Notes: generated from the letters alone by a model not told the origin. Shown: positions 30,578 through 40,745, counted from the first letter of the stretch. The stretch is DNA of 40,921 nt from Candidatus Eiseniibacteriota bacterium (GCA_031364845.1 JANLWX010000034.1:1-40921), one strand, 5' to 3'. Made by a program: numbers and translations.

Positions 30578-32065
30578 ATGACGTGGTCGAAGCGCGCGGT
30601 CTTGGCCGTCGCCCTCGCAATTTCCATCGCCACTCCCGCCCTGGCGCAGGTGGGTGGTCGTCCATTCGAGATCTCGGCGAATGCCGGCATCTTCGCATTC
30701 GACACGCGCGCCCGGATCCAGGATGCCACGACGTACGGCGGATCGGTCGGGCTGCGCCTCACGCCGTGGATCGCGCTCGAACTGCCCGGGCAGATCGCGT
30801 TCTCGAAGTCGCTCGTCGATCCGGCTTCCGATCACGACTTCGTCTATTACGGCGGCGACCTGCGTTTCAATCTGCGTCCGGCCGAAGGCCGGGCGGTTCC
30901 GTATCTGTTCGCCGGCGGCGGTTACGCCTCGAGCAAGAGCGAGGCGCGCGGTCCGGTCGAGCGCACCGGCCCCGCGGGAACCATGGGTATCGGATTCCTC
31001 CACAACGTCGCCGGACCGCGGACCTATCTGAGGCTTCAGGTGCGCGACGTGATCCTGCGCGACCGCACGACGGATCTGGCGAATCACTTCGCCGCGACCG
31101 CCGGACTCCACTTCGTGCTCGGCGGCAAGGATCGCGATCAGGATCTGGATGGCGTGCGCGACTGGCTCGACCGCTGCCCGAACACTCCGATCGGAGCGAA
31201 GGTCGATCCGCAGGGCTGCCCGACCGACGCCGATCGCGACAGTGTGTGGGACGGTCTCGACAAGTGCGAGAACACCCCGTTCGGCTGCCGCGTGGATCGC
31301 AAGACCGGCTGCCCGACCGACGCGGACGGCGACGGCGTGTGCGACGGCATCGACACCTGCGCCGACACGCCGAAGGGCGCGACGGTGAACGCCACGGGTT
31401 GCCCGACCGACGGCGACGGCGATGGAGTGTGGGATGGGATCGACACGTGCCCCGGCACTCCGACCGGTGCCGTGGTTGACGAGAAGGGTTGCCCGAAGGA
31501 CAGCGACAAGGACGGCGTTCCCGACGGCATCGACAAGTGCCCGAACACCGAGGCCGGTCTGCAGGTCGATCCTCAGGGTTGCGTGATCGAAGTCGTGGTC
31601 CGCGAGATCGAGTTGATGGACACCGGAATGATCCGGCTCCAGAACGTGAACTTCGAAACCGACAAGTGGGACATCCTGCCGGAGTTCAAGCCGGCCCTCG
31701 ACGTGGTGGGCCAGGTCCTGTCGAAGTGGCCGACGCTGCGGATCGAGATCGGCGGGCACACGGACATCCGCGGGACGGCGAAGCACAATCAGAAGCTCAG
31801 CGAGCAGCGCGTGAAGTCGGTGCTGGACTACCTGCTCACGAACTTCACCGGTCTCGACAAGAGCCGGTTCGTGACGCGCGGTTACGGCCTGTCGCGCCCG
31901 ATCGCGGACAACAAGACCGAGGCCGGAATGGCCGCCAATCGCCGGGTCGAGTTCGTGGTGCTCAACAAGGGCGAGTTGAAGAAGGAGATCGAGCGTCGGC
32001 GCCTGCTGAAGAAGGGCGAGAACACGCCGATCGAAACCCCGGCGCCGCCGGATACGACGCAATAG
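30578..32065 (+). CDS. OmpA-family outer-membrane protein with beta-barrel, five thrombospondin type-3 repeats and OmpA_C domain
   Basis: TAAGGAGG RBS; signal peptide ALA-Q; five DxDxD(G/S)VxDxxDxC repeats; VNFETDK, IEIGGHTD, NQKLSEQR, GYG..RP, NRRVEF. Confidence 0.92.
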   Translation: MTWSKRAVLAVALAISIATPALAQVGGRPFEISANAGIFAFDTRARIQDATTYGGSVGLRLTPWIALELPGQIAFSKSLVDPASDHDFVYYGGDLRFNLRPAEGRAVPYLFAGGGYASSKSEARGPVERTGPAGTMGIGFLHNVAGPRTYLRLQVRDVILRDRTTDLANHFAATAGLHFVLGGKDRDQDLDGVRDWLDRCPNTPIGAKVDPQGCPTDADRDSVWDGLDKCENTPFGCRVDRKTGCPTDADGDGVCDGIDTCADTPKGATVNATGCPTDGDGDGVWDGIDTCPGTPTGAVVDEKGCPKDSDKDGVPDGIDKCPNTEAGLQVDPQGCVIEVVVREIELMDTGMIRLQNVNFETDKWDILPEFKPALDVVGQVLSKWPTLRIEIGGHTDIRGTAKHNQKLSEQRVKSVLDYLLTNFTGLDKSRFVTRGYGLSRPIADNKTEAGMAANRRVEFVVLNKGELKKEIERRRLLKKGENTPIETPAPPDTTQ

Positions 32066-32097
32066 CCTCGCGCGCGGCGCGACGGACCGATGAGGAC

Positions 32098-34908
32098 ATG
32101 GGGACCGTGGTGAATGCGACCCCTGCCTCGAGTCACGGTCTGCTCGCGCCGTTCGTGTGTCCGGTCCTGGCGCTGATCGTCTGCTGCCTTACGGGCTGCG
32201 CTCCGAGCTTGAGTTACGACGTCGATCTGCGCGAGGCACGCACCGGCGACGTCTCGGTCCGTATGCGCGTGCGCCGTGCCGCCGGTGACTCAATTGTGTT
32301 GCGCGGCTACGGCACCGGTGCCGAGATGCGGATTCACGGCGTCGAGGTGGATGCGAAAGGCAGTTCCGGGTTCGTCGTGGACTCGCTGCCGTCGGGTGCG
32401 GGGTTTGCGCCGCGCATCGTGATCCGCGGACCGCTGCCGTCATCGCTGACCGTCCGCTATCGCGTGACACCGGGCGCGCGCGAAGGCGACGCCCACGTGG
32501 GATGGACCGGCCGCAGCTTCGGCGAGGTGCACGAGCACGGCATGTTCGCGACTGGCCGCGGCCTGTTCCTGTATCCGGCGCGCAGCGGGCGGATCGAGCG
32601 CATCGCAACGCACTTCAAAGAGCCCCGGGGCTGGGATGTGATCGCACCCTGGCATCACGACGAAGGCGCGTGGCGGCCGGGCGTGAACCGGCGTTTTGCG
32701 GCCGAGGACCTGCTGGGCTCGGCCTTGGGATTCGGCGCATTCCACATGCACACCGAACGCGTGGGCGCCACCGACTACCGGCTCGCGATCGATGCGCGCA
32801 TCGGCCGCGCCGAGCGCGACCGCACGGTGGATGCGCTCGTGCGCGTGATCCACGTGGTGCACGGCGCAATTGGCCGCGGACCGGGCGGGCGCTACACGAT
32901 TGTCGTCATGCCGGAATCGAACACCGGTGATGCACTGGTCGGCTCCGGCTGGGCGAGCGGCCAGGGCGGCACACTCTCGCCGGTCACCGCGTCGCGCCTG
33001 CACGGATTCGCCCGCCGCCTGATCGATGCGCATCTCGTGCACGCGCCGTATCGGGTCGCGCCTCACGATGCCCGCGAACAGTGGGTGATGGAGGGATTCG
33101 GGGAGGTGCTCGCGTGGCGCGCGGTGGCGCGCGCGGGATTCGCCGACGAGGCGCAGATCGCGCGCGATTTCGCGGGTGCCTACGCCGAAGCGCTCGATCG
33201 CGGTGAGGCCGACGGCGGTCTCGAGGAGCCCGACCCGGATCCGGTGCGGGCCGAAGTGATCGCGCCGCTCGCGCTGCTGTGCCTCGAGCGCGAGTTGACG
33301 CGCGCGGGGGGCGACGGTCTCGATCCGGTATTCCGCGCGATGTTCGCGCGCACCGACCAGGCGGCCGTGCGCGCGGTCGGGATGCCGGTGGCCGCGCGGT
33401 CGCTGTGGACTTTGATTCCTCCCGCACAGCGCGCCGCGGCCGCCACATTCCGCGAGCGCCACGTCGAAGGCTTAGAGCCACTGCCGGCGTCGTCATTCTT
33501 CGACTTCGACGCGGCCACGCCCGAACCGATTCCGCCGCGCGGTCCGGTCCGCCGCGCGATCACGCTCGCCTTCAGCGGCAACGCGCAGGGTTATCTCGAA
33601 AATTGTGGATGCAAGGCCGGCCAGGCCGGCGGTGTCGCGCGTCGCGCGACGGTGCTCGCGCGGTTGAGGGCGAAGGGCCCGGTGCTGGCGATCGACGCGG
33701 GCAGCGCGTTCCCGCGATCGGGGAGACGGTTCGGCACCGACACGCTCGCGGCCTTGGAACAGCAACTGTACCTCGCGGCGGTGCGCGCGATGCGCTTCGA
33801 AGCTGCCGTGATCGGAGAGACCGAACTGGCGCAGGATCCCGAGTTCCTGCGCCGCGAAGTGGCGGGGAGCGGGCTGCCGTGGGTGCTCGGCAACGTGCGG
33901 CGCGACGACGCTCCGCTCGCGCCGGCCGCGCGCATCGCGCGCGTGGGGGGACTGCGCGTCGCCGTGATCGGGCTGTTCGATGCCCCGCGCGGCCGCGAAT
34001 GGAACGCGGACTACGAGCGACGGTCGGTGCGGCTCGACATCGAAAATCCGATCGAAGTGCTGCGCCGCGAATTGCCGAAGCTCCGGACCGGAGCGGACCT
34101 CGTAGTTGCAGCTGGGCGTTTCGAGCCCGCGACGATCCGCGACCTGGTGGCCGCGTGCCCCGACCTGGACGTGGTGATCTCCACCGTGGACCGCGCGGTC
34201 CGCCACACGACCGAAGACGGCGAGGAGACCGTCACCGACGCCGATCCCTCGGGATTCGTGGGCCGCACGCTGGTGCTCTACGCGACGCTCGACAGCTACG
34301 GACTCGGGAGTGCGGCGCTGGGGCTCGATGCGGCGAACCGCATCGCGCGTGCGGACGTCGCGGCGACGTGGCTCGGCGACGAGGTTCCGGACGATCCCGC
34401 GGTCCGGTCGATGCTGACGCGTTTCTATCAGCGGGTCGGCGCGAGTGCCGCCGCAGAGGGCAGCGTTCCCGCGCTGTTCGCGCACGATGCGTTACGGCAG
34501 ACCGGTACCTATGTCGGCGGCGAGAACTGCGCGGGCTGTCACGCCGCGCAGACCGCGCAGTGGAAGGGCACGCGCCACGCCGATGCGTGGAAGACGCTGC
34601 TGGATGCCCATCGCCACTATCAGCCGCGCTGCGTGGCGTGCCATGTCGTCGGCTTCGGAACTCCGAGCGGATATCGCGTCGGGGACTCCGGCAACCGGCT
34701 GGTCAACGTCCAGTGCGAGGTGTGTCACGGTCCGGGCGGGCAGCACGTGATGGCTCCCGCGCGCGACAACATCCAGAAAGCGGTGCCGGCCGAAGTGTGC
34801 CTCGAATGTCACACGCCGGAGCACTCGGATCACTTCGTGTATGCGGACCGGCTGCCGCGCGTGATGCACGCGGCTCACGCGGTGACGGCGGCCGACTCGT
34901 CGCGCTAG
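32098..34908 (+). CDS. Multidomain lipoprotein: M61-peptidase-like region + UshA/5'-nucleotidase-like region + tetraheme cytochrome c (c554-like)
   Basis: Lipobox LTGC; WVMEGF; GYLENCGC..GGVARRA, IDAG; heme motifs CAGCH, CVACH, CEVCH, CLECH. Confidence 0.75.
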   Translation: MGTVVNATPASSHGLLAPFVCPVLALIVCCLTGCAPSLSYDVDLREARTGDVSVRMRVRRAAGDSIVLRGYGTGAEMRIHGVEVDAKGSSGFVVDSLPSGAGFAPRIVIRGPLPSSLTVRYRVTPGAREGDAHVGWTGRSFGEVHEHGMFATGRGLFLYPARSGRIERIATHFKEPRGWDVIAPWHHDEGAWRPGVNRRFAAEDLLGSALGFGAFHMHTERVGATDYRLAIDARIGRAERDRTVDALVRVIHVVHGAIGRGPGGRYTIVVMPESNTGDALVGSGWASGQGGTLSPVTASRLHGFARRLIDAHLVHAPYRVAPHDAREQWVMEGFGEVLAWRAVARAGFADEAQIARDFAGAYAEALDRGEADGGLEEPDPDPVRAEVIAPLALLCLERELTRAGGDGLDPVFRAMFARTDQAAVRAVGMPVAARSLWTLIPPAQRAAAATFRERHVEGLEPLPASSFFDFDAATPEPIPPRGPVRRAITLAFSGNAQGYLENCGCKAGQAGGVARRATVLARLRAKGPVLAIDAGSAFPRSGRRFGTDTLAALEQQLYLAAVRAMRFEAAVIGETELAQDPEFLRREVAGSGLPWVLGNVRRDDAPLAPAARIARVGGLRVAVIGLFDAPRGREWNADYERRSVRLDIENPIEVLRRELPKLRTGADLVVAAGRFEPATIRDLVAACPDLDVVISTVDRAVRHTTEDGEETVTDADPSGFVGRTLVLYATLDSYGLGSAALGLDAANRIARADVAATWLGDEVPDDPAVRSMLTRFYQRVGASAAAEGSVPALFAHDALRQTGTYVGGENCAGCHAAQTAQWKGTRHADAWKTLLDAHRHYQPRCVACHVVGFGTPSGYRVGDSGNRLVNVQCEVCHGPGGQHVMAPARDNIQKAVPAEVCLECHTPEHSDHFVYADRLPRVMHAAHAVTAADSSR

Positions 34909-34915
34909 TCCGGAT

Positions 34916-36891
34916 CTATTTGGATCCGGGCGCCGAAGTCTGAAGCGTGGCCTCGAGCGTGCGTGCGGGGATCGCGGCTTGATTCGCCGGCGTCACCGGG
35001 CCGAGACCGAACGACTCGAAGCCGGCTTGGCGCGCGGCCGCGAACAGTGCGGGCAGCGTCGCTGCCGATTTCGGCGTGGCGGCGGTATCGACCGGTAACT
35101 CGAGCAGCAACGGGGGCACCGTTGCCAGCGTCATCTTTGCACCCGCTCGTGACGCCGTCTTCGATTGCGAACGCCACGTGCGCATCGCGAGCCGGCTCGC
35201 CTTCTCGACCCAGCGCGATGGATCGCGCGCGTACTCGGGGTCGGACTCGGCGCTCACGACCGTCAGGTCCTGCTCGAGAATCATGCGCGCGAAGTCCTGC
35301 GCGCTCTCGGGGCTCGGTCCGGCGCTGCGCACCGCGGCCATGCCGGTCACGCGGCCGAAGCGGCACTCGGGGCGCCACGCGCGTACGGCGGTTTCGAGTT
35401 CGCGCAGGAATCCGTCGACCGCGGCGGTCCTGGCGCCCGCGCTCGCTGTCGCGTCGGAGGCCAGCGTCTCACCGGGGAGCACGCACGCGTCGTCCTCGAA
35501 CAGGATTCCGTCGAGGGGCAGATAGACCGCGAGATCGGTGTAGAAGTCGACTGCCGCGCGGCGTGCTTCGGGGAGCTCGGGGGACAACCGCGTCGGCCAC
35601 TTCGCCGCCGCACTCGCTTCCGCAGTTCCGATGCCCGAAGCCGACGATGAGGCGATGCGATGGGGCGCGGAACCGAGGCGCCACTCCGGGTGCTGCTCCC
35701 AGACCCACGTCAGATTCATCGAAGGCACGCGCGCCCAGACGCGCATGCGCGCGTTCGAAAGCTTGGCCGCCGCCATCGACCACAGGTCGACCCGCATCGT
35801 GGCCTGATGACCGGGGAAGAACGTGTGGCGGATGATTCCGTCGCCCTGATCGCGGGCGGTGGCATCGAGGAACACGTGCGTGGCTCCGATCGCGCGCAGG
35901 CGCACGATCGATGCGTCGAGCCGCGTGCGGAACGCGGCGATGTCGCCGTCCCACAGATCGCCGAGCCGCAGGCGCGCGGCGCGGATCGTGCCCTGCGGCG
36001 CCTGGATCCACGCGCGCGGATCGGCGCCGAAGCGCAGCGACTTCGTAACGAGGATGCGCGGCACGCAACCGCCCGCGAGATCGGCGGAAGTCGCCGGTCG
36101 CGAACCGAGCGCGAGCGTCGCGGTGAAGCCGGCCTGTCCCGCGAGCGAGCGCGCCATCTCGGTGTGCATGCCGTAGGGCCACACCAGCGTCGAGACGCCA
36201 TGGCCGAGCCGCTCGCGCAGGACGCGCTGCGCTGCGGTGAGGTCGGCGCGGATGCGGCCGCGATACTCTTCGCGGTCCTCGTAGCGCGATGCCGCGGGCA
36301 GATAGCGGCGCGTGGTGGCCGAGGGCGCGGTGTCGCGATAGGGATTGCTCATTTCGTAGCGGTGGAGATCGTGCGAGTGCGAGGCGACCTCGACCCAGCC
36401 GCTGCGATCGGCTTCACGGATCTGGGCCCACGTCATGAGCGGCGGCATGCCGGCGGGCGGCTGTCGATGAACGACGTCACCACACCCAGCGTCGCTCGAA
36501 TTCCTTCGGAGCGCAGGATCGGCAGCGCATGTTCGTGGAAGCTGCGATAGGCGTCGTCGAACGTGAGCACCATCACGCGCGGCGGAAGCTGTTCGGGATG
36601 GGCGCGGGCGGCCATCAACTCCGACAGCGACATGAACGTCCAGCCCGCCTGGCGGCAGGCGCGGATCTGCTGGCGCAGGAACTGCGGCGAAACCGTCTGC
36701 GCGTCGCGGCCCGGCGCGTCGGACAGATCGTGGTAGCACAGGATCGCAATCAGCGGCTCGGAGGCCGCAGTGGCCGCTTCAGCGGGTGCGGCGGCAGCGC
36801 CCTTCGCGGCCGCCGGCGCACCGGCTACGCCAGCGAGTAGCGCGGCGATCGTGAGCGCCACGGACCACACGCGGAACACTGCACGCATCAT
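34916..36891 (-). pseudogene. pgaB: PgaB-like PNAG de-N-acetylase / glycoside hydrolase, split by a 1-nt frameshift near 36461 (pseudogene or assembly error)
   Basis: 5' frame: signal peptide, ILCYHD, VLTFDDAY, then stop at 36433. 3' frame continues MTWAQIRE, ASHSHDLH, WPYG and a C-terminal domain with LDGILFEDDA. Confidence 0.82.
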
Positions 36892-38678
36892 CGGAAGCTT
36901 CTCGCGAACGAGATCGCCCAGCGCTTCTGCTCGTAGCCGGTCGCGGAGTTCAGATTCGAGTTGCCGCGCGCGCCTTCGACGTGCAGGAGTCCGAAGTGCC
37001 ACAGCACGATGTCCACGCCCGCCTGCAGGCTCGAATAGGGCTTGGTATCGGCGCCCGACTCCTGCTGCCAGCCGGTGCGGCCCGCGGCGGTGAACGTCCA
37101 GATCCGCGTGGGTTCCCATTCCAGCTCGAGGCCCGGTCCACCTTCGACGTAGCGTTCGGGATCGTAGTAGCCGTTGTCGAGATCCTGGTCGGTGACGAGT
37201 TGCTGCACGTTCGCGGTGACGTGTGCCCGCCAGCGCTTCTCGGCGTGGAGCCGGTAGCGGATCAAAGCTTCGAGCTGGGTGGCGTGATTGTCGTCGCTGA
37301 AGTCGCGCAGCCGGGCCCCGCCGTGGAACATCCACGGCTCGGTGACGGTCCAGTCGATACCGGCCGCCCACGTGCGCGCGATGATGCCGCGCTCGACCGC
37401 GAGCCGCGTGCCGATCGTTTCCTTGGCGTAACCGAGGTCGAGCCGTACCGGCTCGATCGGCCGCCAGGTGAGCGTGCCTTCGCCGAGGCCGATGCCGTTG
37501 GTCTCGGGATCGCGCTTCCAATAGTAGAGGTAGCCGCGCGCGGTCCACAGATTGCTCCAGGTGCGCTCGAGGCCCGCGCCGACCTGATACGGATCCACGG
37601 TGCCGACCGGATCGCGCATGCTGTCGCGCCGCCAGTTGAGAAGCAGCGACGATTCGCCCGCTAGCGGCAGGCGCACGTCGACCGTGCGCGACTCGACGCG
37701 GAGCAGATCGGAATCGTCCGCGCGCGCGTAGCCCGCGGTGAATCCGGCGGTGCGCTCGCGCGAGATACGCTCGGCGAGATCGTTCGCTTCAGGATCTTGC
37801 GGCACGCGCAGCCGGTAGCGCTCGAGTGCCACGTGTGCTGCGGCCGGCCGGCCCGCGCCGTAGAGCGCGAAGGCGAGGCCCTTGTCGAGCTCGGGGTCGG
37901 TCTGTCCCGAGGCGAGCAGCGAATCATAGATTGCCGCGGCGCGGCGGTGATGGCCCGCCCAGTTCTGATTGCGCGCGATGCCGTACGCGGCGGCGGAGCG
38001 GTTCGGATCCCGCGCGAGCACCGTTCCATAGAGCGCGATCGCGTCGTCGTGGCGCCCCATCCAGCCCAGCACCCGCGCGCGTTCCATCATCAGGTCGAGA
38101 TCGGCGGGGTCTTCGCCCTGCAGCGTCTCGTAGGCCGCGAGCGATTCGCCCAGACGATCGGCGTAGGACAACGCCAGCGCGCGCCGCGCGCGCGCATCGC
38201 GATCGGAAGGCTCTTCGGCGATGCGCAGGTCGTAGTCGCGCAACGCGCCACGCGCATCGCCCGCGTCGAGCCGCGCGTTCGCGAGATCCATGCGCACATC
38301 GCGCGCGAGCTCCGGGTGAACCGCGAGCAGCTGCTCGTAGCTCGCGACGGATTCCGCATGATTGCCCATGTAGCCGTGGACCGCGGCTTCGAGCCACATC
38401 AGATCCGAATTGCCTGGCCGCGCGCGCAACGCCTCGCGCAGCACTTCCAGCGCGCGCTCGTGCCGGCCCTGGTCGGCGAGTTGGCGGGCCTCGGCCCACG
38501 CGAGCCGGGCCGAATCGACCGGAGCAGCGGCGACCGGCGCAGGCGTTGCCGCTTGCGCCGCGGGCTTCGCGACGGACCGTGCCGTCTTGCGTGAAGGTGC
38601 GGCGGTCGCGAGCGTCGCGAACACGCACGCCAGCCCCGCGATCAGCGCGATGCGGAGACCCTGCTGGTGCTTCGTCAT
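36888..38678 (-). CDS. pgaA: PgaA-like TPR-repeat plus outer-membrane beta-barrel export protein
   Basis: ATG 38678 overlaps the pgaC stop; signal peptide; multiple TPR helices; C-terminal amphipathic strands with GYYDP; pga context. Confidence 0.72.
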   Translation of the reverse strand: MTKHQQGLRIALIAGLACVFATLATAAPSRKTARSVAKPAAQAATPAPVAAAPVDSARLAWAEARQLADQGRHERALEVLREALRARPGNSDLMWLEAAVHGYMGNHAESVASYEQLLAVHPELARDVRMDLANARLDAGDARGALRDYDLRIAEEPSDRDARARRALALSYADRLGESLAAYETLQGEDPADLDLMMERARVLGWMGRHDDAIALYGTVLARDPNRSAAAYGIARNQNWAGHHRRAAAIYDSLLASGQTDPELDKGLAFALYGAGRPAAAHVALERYRLRVPQDPEANDLAERISRERTAGFTAGYARADDSDLLRVESRTVDVRLPLAGESSLLLNWRRDSMRDPVGTVDPYQVGAGLERTWSNLWTARGYLYYWKRDPETNGIGLGEGTLTWRPIEPVRLDLGYAKETIGTRLAVERGIIARTWAAGIDWTVTEPWMFHGGARLRDFSDDNHATQLEALIRYRLHAEKRWRAHVTANVQQLVTDQDLDNGYYDPERYVEGGPGLELEWEPTRIWTFTAAGRTGWQQESGADTKPYSSLQAGVDIVLWHFGLLHVEGARGNSNLNSATGYEQKRWAISFARSFR

Positions 38679-39928
38679 CGCTGGGTCCTCCAGGTGGTCA
38701 CGGTGCCTTCGCGGCGTTTGCGCAGCAGTCCCGCAGGCGTGGCGAAGAACGTGATGAGCGACATGAGCATCCAGTAGATGATCGGATACGTCACGGCGAC
38801 CGGGAAATGCTTGAGGATCGAGCGGTCGTAACGCGAATCGAGCAGCACGCCGGTCAGCAACTGCGACAGGCACAGCGTGCCGATCGTCATGCCCCACCAG
38901 TTCGGGATCGGCGATACGCCGAGCGGCGGGATTCCGAAAGCGTACGAGATGATCCAGAACGTCGTGAGGACGACGAAGCAATACGCCCACAGCACCGACA
39001 GCAGCGACTCGTAGAACACCGGCCACATGCGCCGCGACCGCCAGCTCCAGGCGATGCCACGATAGCGCCGCAGCACCTGCGACAGTCCGAGCGCCCAGCG
39101 CCGGCGCTGCGTGACGAGGCCGCCGAGCGACGGCGGTACCTTCATCCACACCAGCGCGTGCGGCTCGTAGCGCACGTCGTACGCGGCGCGCTGGAGCTTC
39201 CACGTCATGTCGATGTCCTCGGTCGCCATCTCGGGGCTGAACAGTCCGACGTCGACCAGCGCCGACTTGCGGAATGCGCCGACCACGCCCGAGATCGTCA
39301 GGATGCGGCCCCAGATCCGCTGCGCGCGGCGCATCAGGCTCACGATCGAGGTGAACTCGACCATCTGGAGCTGGGCGAGAAACGATTCGCGGTTGTGCAC
39401 GCGCGGATTGCCGGTGACGCCGGCGACGCGCGCCGAGGTGAAGTGCGGAACCATCCATCGCAGGATCAGGGGATCGGGCGTGGCGTCCGCGTCCATGATC
39501 AGCACGATCTCGCCCTTGAGGCACGGCATCGCGTCGTTCATCGCCATCGCCTTGCCTTCGTTCTGCTCCTTGGCGATGAGCCGGACCTTGCCAGCGTCGA
39601 CGAACGGCTTGACGACCGCGCGTGTGCCGTCGGTCGAGGCGTCGTCGACCACCACGACTTCGTAGTCGGGATAGTCGATGCGCGTCGCGCACTCGAGCGT
39701 TTCGGCGATCACCTTCTCCTCGCAGAACGCGGGGATCAGAACCGAGACTTTCGGATAGTGCTCGAGTGCCGGCGGGTTGCCGGGGCCCGGATCGCGCTCA
39801 CGGCGCAGCGAGAAGTAGAACGACGTCGAGATCCACACGATCGCGCTGAGCACCGGATAGAACGCGAAGAAGATCAACGCCCACCAGTACACCGGCCACG
39901 TCGGAACCATGGTCAGGAACGCGCGCAC
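38675..39928 (-). CDS. pgaC: Poly-beta-1,6-N-acetyl-D-glucosamine synthase (GT2)
   Basis: VVDDASTD, NEGKA, MDADA, VTGNPRVHNR, ISGVVGAFRK, TEDID, QRRRWALG; N- and C-terminal TM helices. Confidence 0.93.
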   Translation of the reverse strand: MRAFLTMVPTWPVYWWALIFFAFYPVLSAIVWISTSFYFSLRRERDPGPGNPPALEHYPKVSVLIPAFCEEKVIAETLECATRIDYPDYEVVVVDDASTDGTRAVVKPFVDAGKVRLIAKEQNEGKAMAMNDAMPCLKGEIVLIMDADATPDPLILRWMVPHFTSARVAGVTGNPRVHNRESFLAQLQMVEFTSIVSLMRRAQRIWGRILTISGVVGAFRKSALVDVGLFSPEMATEDIDMTWKLQRAAYDVRYEPHALVWMKVPPSLGGLVTQRRRWALGLSQVLRRYRGIAWSWRSRRMWPVFYESLLSVLWAYCFVVLTTFWIISYAFGIPPLGVSPIPNWWGMTIGTLCLSQLLTGVLLDSRYDRSILKHFPVAVTYPIIYWMLMSLITFFATPAGLLRKRREGTVTTWRTQR

Positions 39929-39949
39929 GTTATTGGATTCCTTTCCAGA

Positions 39950-40399
39950 TCAGCGCGACGAGGCGCCGTTGCCGTTGGGTTTCATCGCGGGTCGGAACGA
40001 CTTCCCGGTCGCATCGACGCGCACGCGGACCGCCGGCGCCTGCTTCAGCATTTCGGGTGAGGATTCGAACGTGACCGGCCGGCCGAGCGGGTCGTGCGAG
40101 TAGTCGAGCACGGCTTCACGCACGCCGGTGCGGGGTCCTTTGCGGCGGAAGATCGAAAGATTGTGGAACACCCACAGCCCGGTGATCGCGATCGAGAGCA
40201 CGAGCGAGATCGCGACGAAGATCACGGTGAAACGGACTTCGGAGGCGCTCACCCGCGCGTACACGACTGTCCACCAGTACCCGAACAGCGCCCACCCGAT
40301 GAGCGCGATCACGGTGTGCAGGATCTGGCGGCCGCGGCTGGCTTCGGTCGGGGGGCGGATATGGGATGTGTTGGTTTTGGGGGATGGGTTATCGGTCAT
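39950..40399 (-). CDS. PgaD-like small membrane partner of PgaC
   Basis: Two TM helices followed by WVFHNLSIFRRKGPR, resembling the PgaD WxxYNxxRF..RR block; adjacent to pgaC. Confidence 0.6.
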   Translation of the reverse strand: MTDNPSPKTNTSHIRPPTEASRGRQILHTVIALIGWALFGYWWTVVYARVSASEVRFTVIFVAISLVLSIAITGLWVFHNLSIFRRKGPRTGVREAVLDYSHDPLGRPVTFESSPEMLKQAPAVRVRVDATGKSFRPAMKPNGNGASSR

Positions 40400-40520
40400 G
40401 GGCCGGAATGTAGGGCGTGAGGGTTGATTGGGGAACACGGCGATTGTTGGTCTAGGTATCGGCACATGCGTATTCCGGCTTGAAGACGCGGCCAGTGGTG
40501 CGTGTCCGACGGCGGCGGGA

Positions 40521-40629
40521 TCGAGCGGTGACCGCTCCGCGCCGCCCGCTGCGCGCGACTTCCTGTCGCGCTCCGCTCCCCCGACTCTGTCGGCAGCCAT
40601 CCCTGGCTGCCTCTGTCGCGGGAGCGTCG
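40521..40629 (+). repeat. Multi-hairpin repeat, copy 1 (at least 109 bp)
   Basis: Matches 40813..40921 with two substitutions. Confidence 0.9.
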
Positions 40630-40745
40630 CTGCGCGGCCACCGCTCGCTCCCGCCGCGTGCGTGTCGGCAGGGGTGCCCGATTCGGTGTACGTCGCTGTG
40701 CGGTCACCGCTCGCTCCCGCCGCGCGCGTGTCGTTGGGGTGTCCG
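40625..40745 (+). repeat. Imperfect tandem repeat, two copies of about 55 bp with 66-bp period
   Basis: CGTCGCTGYGCGGYCACCGCTCGCTCCCGCCGCGYGCGTGTCG...GGGGTGYCCG at 40625 and 40691. Confidence 0.85.

Noticed and set aside
31126..31580. Nucleotide repeats of about 90-bp period
   Set aside because: Explained by the coding TSP3 repeats of the OmpA protein.
31489..32097. N-terminal extension of the 1139-aa ORF
   Set aside because: Overlaps the OmpA gene in another frame; the lipoprotein signal begins after ATG 32098.
33604..33612. Selenocysteine recoding at the CGC motif
   Set aside because: Codons are TGT-GGA-TGC; there is no in-frame TGA.
38679..39692. N-terminal extension of the 934-aa ORF
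   Set aside because: Overlaps pgaC out of frame; the signal peptide starts at ATG 38678.
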